Below, in pieces: positions 41,577 through 54,543 of a stretch of 64,000 nt of DNA. Numbering within the stretch: the stretch's first letter is position 1; each line of letters opens with the position of its first letter. The notes beneath the pieces are model-generated. The model was given only the letters and a program-made list of their open reading frames with translations, was not told the origin of the DNA and did not search any database. The position numbers were made by a program, and so were the translations under genes. The DNA comes from Eledone cirrhosa. Lineage: Eukaryota. Location: NCBI GenBank assembly GCA_964016885.1, contig OZ024749.1, positions 40,300,001-40,364,000 of the forward strand. The letters run 5' to 3'.

Positions 41577-43446
41577 CTGCCACTCTACCTATCTCTCGCT
41601 AGAGCTCCACCATTAGTTATCGTCTGCTACTTGATAGTGATAGGTAGATACATTTATCTCTCTCCCTCTATCTATATATATGGAGAGGGGGAGAGTGATA
41701 TAGCGAGAGGTATAGATACCACCTACTTAAGTAAACTATATTTTTTTTCTCTATTCTTAATTTAATTTACAGAATTAATTTTTTTCTAGCCTTTTAAAGC
41801 ATTTCTACATGTATGTATCTATGTATGTATGTTCTATCGTGTGTGCATTTTAAAGGTGGAGCCAACTTCGATTCACGCAAAGTCTGAAAGGAATTGATAT
41901 AGAAAGCAAGCAGTCATCTAGCAGCAGCAGTAGTAATTGTAGTTGTAGTATATGTGGTAGTAATAGCTGCTGTAGTAGTAGTAGTAGTAGTAGTAAGAGC
42001 GGCTACGGTGGTGGTAGTAGTAATGGTGGTGGTAGTAATCGCGGCGATGGGAGTAGTGGTGGTGGTGGTAGTAGTAGTAATAGTGGTAGTAGATAGTGGT
42101 TTTTCAGGCCTCAACAATTCTAACACCCGGTTAGTTGGTTCCATGGTGACAGTGGATTATATTTGTCACGGAGTTTGAGGATGGTAGGATGGATTCTGTG
42201 CCAGAGATTAAAAAAGCAATTAAGGTAGTCTAATATGAAAATTTACAAAGGGAACCCTTCCGTGACTATATATATATTTTATTACTAAGTTAGTACCTTA
42301 ACATGGTTCATAAATATATTGGAAGATTTTAATTTATATAGGAACACTTTTAAATGGTTGCTTCGGCTGTTACCAAAAGTAGTAGTAGCAGTTCAGTATG
42401 ATAAGCCTATTACTTTCTCAATGGGTTCCGTGGAATCAGAATTCAGAAAATAAATGTTGTCTCTTAGAATTATAAGAATGTTTTAAAACAGCTTTTACTT
42501 TGTCGTATTAAAATGTAGTTGATGGGAGTTAGCTGGGAATTTAGTTATTTATGGGTTCTGCAACAAAATAAGGTAGGATATTGCAACTAGGGGTTGTCTG
42601 TAGATTATAGACATGGCTTCCAGGATATTACAACTAGGGTGATGGGGCTGTCTGTAGAATATAGACACGGGTTCTACAATCTTGGAGGAAAACCGTATAT
42701 AGTTTCCATGACAGTAAGTTTGGGAACCACTTGTCTGTTGGAAAAGTGTAGCATTAAAATTGGGAGCGGAGTGAGGGATTCATGTTGCTATTCGGGAAGG
42801 AATGGTTTGGAAAATGATTGTCAACGACATGGAAGAGAAACCGGATCGCGTGCTTTGGTTACTGGAAGTTTGACATCGGTACGAATAAAGGGACTTTGTC
42901 AAGTACTTTTGGAATATAAGGATAGCTGGGACTACAATGGGAAACTTTCATTATTTGACTGTAGTTGGGTGGGTGTGATGGTAGTGGTGGTAGCTGTAGA
43001 GTTAAAAGCGGTTTCTTGTCCTCCCTCCAGATACATTACCACTAATTGTTGAGTGGTAATTTGATAGATGTTAGACTCGTTCCTTGGCTCTTAATTTAGG
43101 GAGGTGATAGATGTTGCTTCATGGCATATATCTTATCAATTCTGGTTGACAGATGGAGGGTTCGTGCCACAAGGGTTCGTGCCACACATCACATGAATTT
43201 TATAGGGAAGAGGAAATAATCCTTAATTGAAATTGTTTTTTTTTTTTTGTTTTTTTTTTGTTTTTTTTGCATTCACTAAGAAACGAGGTGCTGGACATGT
43301 AGTTATTTGGCATTTGGAAATTGGTTTTAATTCTTTTAAATTGGAAGCAATGAGTTTAAGGTGTTCATACTTTACTCGAGGCATTTAAGACACCAAGCAT
43401 TTCTAAAATTAAAACTATTAACTCCAATCCATACTATAGTAATCTA

Positions 43447-43537
43447 CAGGATGTCCCAAAAAATGTATTCACACTTTGATTATCTGCACAGGCAATATTT
43501 AATAGTGCTTTTGAAGTGCTTTTGGGGGGACACCCTG
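43447..43537. mobile_element. Tc1/mariner-type MITE, 91 bp, TA TSD
   Basis: TA CAGGATGTCCCAAAA ... TTTTGGGGGGACACCCTG TA. Confidence 0.75.
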
Positions 43538-44280
43538 TATTTCAGCACACACGATGTGCATGTATACATGCATATATGCGTGTCCATACATACACACATG
43601 TACATATATATTTTCGAGGTAGATGTTTGGTTGTGGAAACGAACTCAATTCATGATTAGAATGATATATATTATATTACAGACTGATATATATATATATG
43701 TTATTAAAAAGACCGAGAACCAGGAAGTAGTTTTGTGTTAATGCACTTACTCAAATTAATATGTATGTATGTATGCATGTATGTATATTGAAGCGTGTAT
43801 ATATGTATATACACACATACTCGCTTCAATATCTGCTGCTAAATTAATTAAACTTCTATAATAGCTTGGATCTATGTGAAATAACAAGATTTGATTTGAA
43901 ATTAGTAGTGGTAGTGATATCAAGATTTAATCTGATGTAGAAATGATATTGGTAGCGGCGGTGGTTGTAGTAGTTTTAGTAGTAGTAGTAAACACTGTTG
44001 CTTCAGTAGATTCTACGCAAATTTACGATCGTATCACCATTGTTTAGTTTAGCATATTTTTACACACTCACATACACAGATATATCGATTTTATTAAGTT
44101 CCAGTTTTTCTTAGCTTTTCTCTTCATATTCCTCTTTATTCTCCTTAATATTTCGTAAGTGCTTCCGGCTTATAACTTTAATGTCTGCAATACCGTGAGT
44201 GTGTAGATGTACTTTTTAATTTGATATATCTTTAAGATTGTCTAATTCATTAACAAAATCAACTGCATAAGCTTTCGCTT

Positions 44281-44890
44281 TCTCTCCCTCCGTCTCTTTT
44301 GTTGCTTTCTCTCACCGTCTCTTTTGTTGCTTTCTCTCACCGTCTCTTTTGTTGCTTTCTCTCTCACCGTCTCTTTTGCTGCTTTCTCTCTCACCGTCTC
44401 TTTTGCTGCTTTCTCTCTCACCGTCTCTTTTGCTGCTTTCTCTCTCACCGTCTCTTTTGTTGCTTTCTCTCTCACCGTCTCTTTTGTTGCTTTCTCTCTC
44501 ACCGTCTCTTTTGTTGCTTTCTCTCTCACCGTCTCTTTTGCTGCTTTCTCTCTCACCGTCTCTTTTGCTGCTTTCTCTCTCACCGTCTCTTTTGCTGCTT
44601 TCTCTCTCACCGTCACTTTTGCTGCTTTCTCTCACCGTCTCTTTTGCTGCTGTCTCTCTCACCGTCTCTTTTGCTGCTCTCTCTCACCGTCTCTTTTGCT
44701 GCTGTCTCTCTCACCGTCTCTTTTGCTGCTTTCTCTCTCACCGTCTCTTTTGCTGCTTTCTCTCTCACCGTCTCTTTTGCTGCTTTCTCTCTCACCGTCT
44801 CTTTTGCTGCTTTCTCTCTCGCCGTCTCTTTTGCTGCTTTCTCTCTCGCCGTCTCGTTTGTTGTTCTCTCTCTCGCCGTCTCTTTTTCGC
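44281..44890. repeat. 27-bp minisatellite, ~22 copies
   Basis: Unit TCTCTCTCACCGTCTCTTTTGCTGCTT, with occasional 25-bp variants. Confidence 0.95.
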
Positions 44891-46999
44891 TTTCTCTCTC
44901 TTCCTCTCTCCCTCTTATTGCTCTCGTTTTTGTTTCGCCTTCTCTCCATCTTTTTTTTTTGTTCTCTCCGGTCTCTCTCTCTCATAAGCTCTTAGCTCTG
45001 GGGTCATCTCACCCGTATCTAAAACTCAATGTGTTCTAATGTCCATCCAGGCGGGGGGGAGTGTCATCTCGGACTACACAATCCTGTCTTTACCTGTATG
45101 GTGTGATTTGAGGAAGATTTGGTTACTATTTCTATTATAGACGGCTGCGTAAATTCCTCCTAGTTGCGAAATTGAGAAACCTGTTAGCGCCAAACCTCGA
45201 TATAAAAACCTCAACCCTTTTGCCATAATCCTAAAAGACACTACGTAAGATTATCAAATTTTTAAAGAATCAAGAATTTGGAAGCGTTTACTAAAATGTC
45301 TTCATAGAAGCAAGGGGGGTTTCAGGTGGTTTTGTATTAAAAAAAGAAAGGTGTTAGGAATATAACTTAGCAAAAGTTCTTACAAAACTGGCCATCTAAA
45401 AATCTTCCCTAATTTGATTGTATCACAGAACTTGGGGTTGTTTCAGGAGGTTTGGTAAAATTCATCAGTGTAGCTGACAAAACGGTTATACCTTTTAGTA
45501 TATGATAAATGGATTAGCACTAGGGAGTGTATCGAGCAATAAACAAAAAAATACAAGGCTTAAATTGAATGAAAACTAGTTAAATCCAACCATCCCGTCT
45601 TCAACAAAAGTCACTTGGTTTCTTCCCTCTTTCTACGTTAAAAAAAAAAAAAAAACCTCCTTGCTTTCCATTCTACGTTACCACCGCTGCTGCCGGCCAT
45701 TGGCCGCCTAACACCACTCTCTACCTAATTCACTCACTAGGCATGCGCAGTGATTGCTGCCATCGTCTGTAGCGATAGCAGTCCTTTATACTCTTCGTTC
45801 CCAGCTTCAAATTATTTTTATACAAATCGGAATCTGCTGCAACAGGACCCTAATTGTGGAGATCTGAAACATAGGATGGATTTCAACTTGTATATTCTAT
45901 GCTCCTTTCTTTAAAATATGTCAGTGTCGGGATGGTGATGCGGGTGTTAACGGAAGGAGTTGCCCTTCGGCAGAGAAACACGTTGAGTCATAAAAGTTTA
46001 GCTATACTAAAAAAGAAGCGGAACGTTATGGGGTTGGGGTGACTTATTTTCAGGTTCCTATCCCCGGGAGCTTTATATCACCTCTAATAAATGAAACTGT
46101 AGTTACAGCAATGATACAGCAGACGATCATTTACAAAGTTCATACAGGGGGTGGAGAGGGGTAACTAAGCTACTCTTTAATGCGATCCAGTTTCAATTCC
46201 TGGTTATTTACTGACTTCACTTAAATCCCTAATACCTTTAAGGTATGAATAATCCAATTTTCATCATTGGTGTGAGAATGAATGGAATGGGATGCAATGG
46301 GAGCTTCAACGTTATTTCTTAGATTCTATATAAAACTAGCTGTCGTATTTAGTGATAAAAATTGAATTTCCTAACATAAAATTATGGCCTCTCTGGTTAA
46401 TTAAGCAATCATGGAGCTCCTCTGGTGTCGGCAAGCAATGTGTAGCTCCTTACGAAGATCAAATCACATTTGATAATGCATGTAGCCTTCTTTACAGGTG
46501 TGTATAACGGAGCTTCTCATTAGGTAGGGGCTTTTTAGGTTCTTTACTACTGATGTCTGAGAATGGTGTTCGCACAGCTTCATGAAACCTGTACTTACCC
46601 AGTTCACGGAAGCCTTTTATACTATTTGGTAATCCAAAAGGAAAAGATTACTCCCGGTCAGGAAGGCAGACCAGGCATTATATAGATAGTTGTGTGTGTA
46701 AATTATCTTTGCTGATAAGGTGTGAATTGATTTAAACTCTGATCTAGCTTCGTGAGTAATGAACGTCCGTTGTAGTTCAATCAGAAGAAACTAGCTGAGC
46801 CTGTATGACGAAAGACTATTCGGGCATGAGAGAACAGGGTGGAATATCGATCGTATATTACAGCCGTGAGGCCTTAACGATAGACGTTAACAGATGCTTA
46901 AACCCGGAGATGATAGGATATCAAATAGTTTAATAGCGAATTCCAAAAGGGATACATTTCGAGACCTACAGCCTGTTGGTGTTAAATAACAAGAAACTG

Positions 47000-47038
<39 letters not shown>

Positions 47039-48189
47039 CAACGAACATTGATAAATTTTTTTCTACTGCAGACATTTTAGCGTCTGATGTGCCGAGGAGA
47101 GGGGGTGGTGGTTAATACTAAAGTTCAAATGATTTATCGTGTTCGAAACACAATACTGCCACAGCAATGTTTGACATTCTTGTATATCAGCTACTTCCGA
47201 CTTAATTGCTTTGGTTTCTAATTCTTCTTCCTTCAACCATCTCACACCATTTTGGGCTCAATTTTTGGTCATCAAGACTGCCGTGTAAATGGTAAAGGAC
47301 CTACATTGACTTTTAAATGTTTCGGAGTTGTTCTAGTTTGGCAAGTGACTTGATTAGAATTGGGTGTTCCGAGAATTTTGTCAAAGTGGAAATAGTGCAG
47401 TAGTTTGTCCTTCTAATTTACTATATTATATTATAGCTTGTTCTGACTACTATACTTTATAATAGTCTTAGTGTCCATCCTTCTCCAGCTTGTTACGTAG
47501 CCGATTTTTTTCAGAGGGAGAGACTAAAAAAAGATGAGTTTCGGAGGAAGAATCGACTTTTGACTTTTTATTCTTTGGAGGTCGATTAAATAAGTTGGCT
47601 TCGGTGAGACTTGAAATCATAGCGCAGAAAGCTTGAACGAATACTGCTAAGCTTACTATCAGGTTTTCTAACGATTCTTACTTCGCTGCCATAATGGATG
47701 TACTACTGAGCCTTGATATCTAGTGTTGTTAACACTTTCAATACTTAGTTGAATGATGTTCCTATATACTCTGACCTGGTCATTTGTCATTTGAGAGGAA
47801 ATGACAGCCACTAACACTTTTCTGCTTTCATTTGTAAGGAAAGTGGTACATCCGATTGGGCTGATATCCTAATAGGGTTTGAACTCGATAGTGAAGACGA
47901 ATGGAAACTTTTAATGTTGATGCTCCCACGGCCATTTGATAAGTTGCCTTGATCAGTCAATGGTAGTGGAGGCGGTGGTAAACAGGGACTTTATGCAAAT
48001 TGTTGTCACGTTTGCCAAACACACCTACAATTTGTTGACTCGACCAACAGACACCTCTATTGTATATTAAGACTACTCAAATTCAAAGCCTTTAGCCTTC
48101 CTCTCTCTCACTTCCCCCTGACATTTTTTATTTCCTCGTGATCTGGAAGGTCAACTGGTACTCCCGAGTTGAGTGCTACATCTTCCGCT

Positions 48190-48265
48190 GCATACTTAAG
48201 GAGCCAAGTGTCTAAAAAAGCAGGGCAAAGTGCCGGCTCTTCAAGGAGGAAGTGACCTACATTTT
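48190..48265 (+). pseudogene. Possible Gypsy-type RT relic
   Basis: ILKEPSV*KSRAKCRLFKEEVTYI resembles the L..KC.F...V.YLG motif. Very short. Confidence 0.3.
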
Positions 48266-49721
48266 ATATCAAACCAACAAGTCGCATACGAGGTTTTTAT
48301 TTTTTTAATTCCCACCCTTCTTAAGTAACAAATCATTAACGCCGAAAACGAGGCTAAGAACAAGAGTAAAATAATTAATTTTTAATAAGATCTTGTTTTT
48401 GTTATTGTTCAAGTTAAAAAATTAGTAACTTAGCCAACCCACACGTCTTCAACCATATGGCGTTTTGGTGTGAAATCACTCATTGCCTCTCGCTCTCGCT
48501 CTCTCTCTCTCGCTCTCTCGCTCTGAACCTGTTAGAATGGGGGGGGGGGGTTATGATATTTGGAGCGAGAGATGCTTATAAAGATCGGTTAAAAAGTGTT
48601 AAAGCCATAGCGCCTACCTCTTAGAAAGTAGGGTAAGTCCAGTGGAATGGCCCTCGCAGGAAATGTCAAGCTTTTACTGGTAATTGCATCAATTAGAAGC
48701 AATCAGTGGAAATAATTGCTTATTTTATCAGAGCAGCTTCATCTAAATGTAGAGGGTAAAGATTTGGGGGGGGGGGGGGGGGGGTAGACGCTTGTTTTTT
48801 TTTTTTGTTTTTTTTTTGTGTGTGACACAATTTAAGTCTAGGATTATAGGCAAGAGGGTGGTAAGTGGGTTCTAGCTTTTTGGCAGCAAGAGAAGAGAGG
48901 ATTTATTCCCCTCCCCACTAAAGCAGTGAAAACTGGCTCTGGTTGTGTAGTTATCCTTTTCGTCACCCACTGCCCTTTATACATTTTTTAGTAACATAAA
49001 TTTATGCCCGCTTTTTCCACACTAGCAAGGAGGGTTGGACGAGTCGTTACAGAACAAGCCAGTATTTAATTGGAGCTACTGTCCTCCCCGAAACCTCTTG
49101 TTGCATGGAGGGATACGTCTAGCTTAATATACGTTCCAGTTTTGGCATGGTTTCTACAGTTGGAGGGCTTTACCTAACGCCAACTACAAATCTAACCCCC
49201 CCCACCTTTTTTTTTTTCTCTAGTAGTAGCTGGAGAGGGGGTAGAGGGAGTTTCCCCGCAAGCGAACGGCATTTTGGGTCACTTTTGATGGGTATAGTAT
49301 TGTTCTTCGAATGAAGTGGCGGAAAACTGAAGGGCTCGAATGGCAAACTTATCTAACCTTACTCCTACAAACATTTTACCATTTAGAAACTAGATTCTAC
49401 ACTTATATCGTTAGTTTCTAGAGTTAAGAGATGTTAAATGCTGTTGATTTTCCATTTGGTTCGGAGAATTTGTAGCACTAATAATTCTATATTTGTATTG
49501 CTCGTGTTGATGTGGGTTTGTTGCGTTTGCAAACTCATAGTAACAGAACATTTCAACCTCCATTTAGCAGGCCTATGATGCAAGTATCGTCCACCTTCCT
49601 AGACAGGCGTGGCTGTATGGTTAAGAAGTTTGCTCTGAAGTGGTTAAATTTGTCATAACAAGCCAAAGTTGTTTCTGGAGTTAAAACATGGGTTCAACAG
49701 GCCAACATAATACACAATAAG

Positions 49722-49911
49722 GGCGGGGGATTGGCAGTATCGGTAGATGGTCGGACGCCATGCTTTGCGGCATAGAGTTACGGCTCTTTATGGTCTGAGT
49801 TCAAATCCCGCCGAGGTCCACTTTGCCTTTCATCCTTATAGGGTCGATAAAATAAAGTACCGGTAATGTACTGGGATAATTGCTGGCCTTGTGCCAAAAG
49901 TAGAAACAATT
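49722..49911 (+). mobile_element. SINE family 1, full length
   Basis: Head GATTGGCAGTATCGG, B box, core and end. Confidence 0.92.
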
Positions 49912-50009
49912 ATAATACAATATTGTACTATTACTTCGATCACGGCAAAAGACTCCCCAACTTAAAGGACCATGATTTAACGGACTTTTGACGTTAACGC
50001 GTACTAAAA

Positions 50010-50285
50010 AGTTTGTCTCGATGCCGGAGGCTCATCGGGCTGCTGCTTTATCCCAGTTTCCGTGGCGTGAAGCAACTGGGGGTACCTGACTCCAAGACAG
50101 GACGCCAGTCCATCGCAGGGTTAAACCCCCCAGCTATTGCTGGTACTCGTTTTCAGCTGAGTATACTAGAACAACGTGAAGTTGTTTTGCTCAAGAACAC
50201 AACGCAACCCAGTCTAGGAAGCGAACCCACGACATTAAGATCATAAGTCCAACACACTTACCACTAGACAACGTGCTTCCACTAG
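50010..50285 (-). mobile_element. SINE family 2
   Basis: Minus strand has a tRNA-like head (GTTGTCTAGTGG...GGTTCGCTTCC) and core GTGTTCTTGAGCAAAACAACTT. Related to 53140-53330 (+). Confidence 0.75.
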
Positions 50286-51839
50286 ATTGTACAGGCAAAG
50301 CTGTATTAAGAAATTTAGTTGGCACTGAAAATCTCCAATGGATTAAATATCTTGAGTTCCAATAAATCATTAAACTTCACTTTTAATTTTTAATATCTAC
50401 TGACGTGACATACAAGTATTTCGGACTACAAGTGTTATCGTTAAAATTTAAACAAAACTTCATCTTGTGACTTGCTAAATTGAGATGAAAAGAATACAAT
50501 ATAGAATTTGATAGTTAAAACTCGTGTAGCTTTAGCTGGCTTACTACGAAATTGTATTTCTTAAGAGGTCCGGTCCTAGCATGAAAAGCAATGTAAAATA
50601 AAGCGTTTGATCCAGGAATGAAGTTGTTAGCGAGTCCAGCGCCCTAACCACTAGGCTACAAGCTTTAAAATCCAATGGACCAGTTTATCTATTTAGAATT
50701 TTTTAAATGGATTTAATATATACACAATAGCGAGCTTGTTGAAATTTTAAAGTTCGTTCGCTTGCTTTTCCGCTAGTTCAGTTTATCGTGACACGGGTCA
50801 TGACATAAGGAAATGAGTCAGGCAGCATCTAACATTAAATATTTCAATGCAGGATTGGTAGCTGTTTCCTTCTAATTCACTGGAAAGAAGTTATTATAAA
50901 TAATTTTTGAATTTTTATGACTAAACTTTTTTTTTATTTATTTTGTTTTTCGGTTTTGTTTTGGTTTTTTGTCCAACTGAAATAGTCTCCTTTACTTGGA
51001 ATGCGTTTCATCAGTTTTACGTTCGTATTTCACGCTGACATGAATTGGACGGGTTACCACGTTCCGAGACTAGATACCCGTCATTCTCATGCGTTCCAGT
51101 TTTGCTTGGTAGAGCTCCTTCAGCTGGGTGTTGTTTTAACGATAACTATAGTGTACTAGGTGCATTTTATCATGACACCGGTACTACCACTTTACAGAGT
51201 ATAATTGGTGCATTTTATCATGGCACCACCTACAGTGAACTGACTGGACATATTCCAGTGAGGCATTGCCTACATATAATCCAATTGACCAGGATATCCG
51301 AGTCTCATTGACCACACCAAGCAACCTTCTCTATATTATCCGACGTTTCACACCTCTGCTTCTCTTTATCAGTCCAAAGTACTTCGTGTCTTCCGCTACT
51401 ACATTCTTAACTAATATTAAAATTCCAACATAATGACAATTTGACTAAACAATTGTTTAGTCACGGGTTAGCACTGGTTAAGTTCTAGTCGTGACCATCT
51501 ATCTTTTCTCTTAGTTTTCTAAACATGATATACGCCAGACTACGTTATCTGGTCTGATCACTCGACCTGTTAGACATAGAAACCAAATGACCCTTGTTAT
51601 TGAAGAGGTCTATTACTGTTGATAGTTTTTAATATTCTATTATAATAAAAAATATATATTATAATATAGAGTATATCATACTATATAAGGTATCAATATT
51701 AGAAATATTTCCTGTTTCTGTGAGGGTTCGATTCCATCGACCAAATTATATTGATTTAGGGGTAAATGGATTTCTTCATTGTCCAATCATTGTACCTACT
51801 ACTTCGTGGAACCGGTCGTACTACCAGATATAGTTATTG

Positions 51840-52155
51840 GTATCGTTAGGAACTCCGTCGGTTCCGACGACGACTGTTTCGGTTATTCAAATAACGGGTC
51901 AGCCTGTTCGTAAGAGTAGGAAGGTTAGTATTCCACACACGTGCACTCCTAACGAAAGTTCTAAGGGAGATACAGCGTAACCAGTGGCAAAGCTGACCTT
52001 TTGAATTACAGGTACAACTCCTTTCTTCCTGCTAAGTTAACTGGAGTAAGTTAACTAAGTTAAAATGGAATAAAGTGCCTTGTTCAAGGACACACAAAGC
52101 GCTGCCGGGATCTGAACTCACGAAGACCTTGCGATCGTGAGCCAAACATCCTAGC
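51840..52155 (-). mobile_element. SINE family 2 long variant
   Basis: Reverse complement of GAGTTCAGATCCCGG..TGTGTCCTTGAACAAGGCACTTTATT; the body resembles 59960-60230. Confidence 0.7.
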
Positions 52156-53139
52156 ATTTGTTATAACAAATGTGAAAGGCAGGGAAAGAAGGAAGGGACT
52201 GTGGGATCCATTTGGCACCGTTAACAATCGGAAGTAACCGTTGAAACATTAAACTCCAACGGAGTGAAAATGTACAAACTTCATAAATACAATCAAATGT
52301 TTGCTGAACAGTTTGACCCCCTCCCAAATGTCACGGCATCAAATCACATTCCACAAATTTTCATTCTGTCCTTTGATAATAACAATTTTAACACTATGGT
52401 GGGGTGGAGGAGTAGACAGCACTTTTAATTCAATTAAACAGATTGGCTTTTATTAATAGGATCCAGCTGTTGTGAATGAAGGTTTACTGTTATTTATTCT
52501 TTGACATTTTTAGTGGGTTGTCATTGGGCTGCGGTCATGCTGAGGCACCGTCATAAAGGGATTTTAGTTTCAACCATATCGATCTGTTCTTCTGTCGATC
52601 CGCTAAGTACACACACACACAAACAACACGCACGCACGCATACACACACGATGGGCCGCTACAGTTTGTCCAAATATCTTTTTACTAAGACATTTACCCA
52701 AGTTCTCATGTAGTTGTGGAATCAACTCCTTTAACATACAGCCATGTCTTCGCCTACGTAAAATAAAGAGCAAAAAAAATCGAAATCTTTCAGAATTCTG
52801 AACATCCCTCCATATATAGCTACTACTATCTGTTCTGGAATATGTAATCATGAAAAGCGATATGATTAATGATATATCCACCATACAAATGATTTATAGC
52901 TTCAATAAATACTTGAAACTGGATCAATATTTGTTGGTTTAACAATAACAACCACCCAGAATCTTCTCACATTGCAGATATTTCTGTAGATTTGTTTTCA
53001 TACAGATTATTGATAAGCATCATGGTGGTGGTTGTGGTGATATTAAAATAAATTAGTGTGTATTCTATTCTTGTAAGTTTTATGGTGGTGGGTTATTTTC
53101 ACGTGGAATAGATGTGAAGGCTCGTTACATTTACCAATA

Positions 53140-53330
53140 GTATGTTATGAGTACAATTCCTAGATCGAATCGTGTTGTGTTCTTGAGCAAAACACTCAGC
53201 TAAAAATTAGTACCAGCAATAGCTGGGGAGTTAACCTAACCCTAGATGGACTGGCGTCCTCTCCAGAGGGAGATCTCGTGCTGTCAATTAACTTCAATGA
53301 AACCTAGATAAGCACTGGCCTAATGAGACA
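53140..53330 (+). mobile_element. SINE family 2
   Basis: GTTGTGTTCTTGAGCAAAACACT..TACCAGCAATAGCTGGGG..GATGGACTGGCGTCCT. Confidence 0.7.
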
Positions 53331-53820
53331 CTTTAGACGTTTAGATGCTAGATGGGTTAAAAAGAATCGGTTTTAAACAATTTGATAGTAAAGTGAGCGC
53401 CAACAAATACTTGATATAATGAGGCAAGAAATTTTAATTAAAATTACACTTTTAGTAATATGAAATATATTCAGTCTTCTGGTATTTTAGAGTAGATTTA
53501 TTTCTATGAATCGGTGTTTAAAATATTAAATATATTTTAAATATCGAGTTTCTTTAGAAATATCTTTTTTATTAACATGTTTTTCTCATCAATCTGACAT
53601 TGAAGCTACAGTGCTATGAATAGTTTCGATGTTTAAAAACATTGTGGGTGGGGGGTGGGGCATTTTCATTCAGATCGACTGGGGGGGGGGGGAAGAAGCC
53701 AACCACCGGCTTTTTGTCTTAAAATTTACATTTTAGTTTCCCCTCTCGCCTTTGTTTCAAGCCACCCAACAAACATTTAGTAGTTTTCATGGGGGGGGGG
53801 TAGAAACCACCTACCCGGTG

Positions 53821-53858
<38 letters not shown>

Positions 53859-54355
53859 CTCGTCTTTGTCTTTCAAAAGTCAGTCACTACTGTAGAATGC
53901 AACAAGGTTATTCTGATCTGCCAAATGCTATGAGACATTGGTGAATTGACTGACCTATTTCCAGCAATTCCTATAGCTGCCATCGGACGAAATATGATAC
54001 CTCAAATTATTGAACAAATAAAAATACTACTACTACTACTACAGTTTACATGTTTACTTACATTCCTTAGTAGTAGCACGTGTGGTAGTGTATTGGAGTG
54101 GCTCTCACTGCCTGGAGGGCGGATAACTGCTGCTGTTTGAATTATTGAAAACAAGTGTTTTTACAGCTGGACGTCTGTCCGTTCAGCTACTACTGAACCA
54201 CTCGAGCATGAAGTGTGGCAGTGATAGCATCTTTTACCATAGAACATACGGATGACGATCCCAATAAAACCGGTCTTTATGTGGTCGCTCGACTTGCTGG
54301 AAACATCAACCAAATAACCCCACAAGACACTACCCTATTTGTATATAAATTAATA

Positions 54356-54543
54356 CGGTCTGGCTTGGCAGTATCGGTTGAGGATCGGACGCCATGCTTT
54401 GACGCATAGTTACGGCCCTTTCCATTCTGAGTTCAAATCCTGCCGAGGTTAACTTTGCCTTTCATCCTTACGGGGGTTGATAAAATAAAGTACCAGTAAT
54501 ATACTGGGATAATTGCTGACCTTGTGCTAAAAGTAGAAACAAT
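54356..54543 (+). mobile_element. SINE family 1 with 14-bp TSD ATTTGTATATAAAT
   Basis: TSD at 54337-54350 and 54542-54555; inserted within an older repeat. Confidence 0.92.

Noticed and set aside
44242-45039. TVREKAAKE repeat protein
   Set aside because: Minisatellite with frame-shifting 25-bp units, no splice signals and no unique coding flanks.
46400-46590. Actin-like words (IIKCD/DLRKEL, HEAV) on the minus strand
   Set aside because: They lie in different frames with wrong spacing and stops; likely chance.
47063-47245. Possible RLE-type LINE relic (RWLKEEEL..IQ..Q)
   Set aside because: Too short and too degenerate to support without a search.
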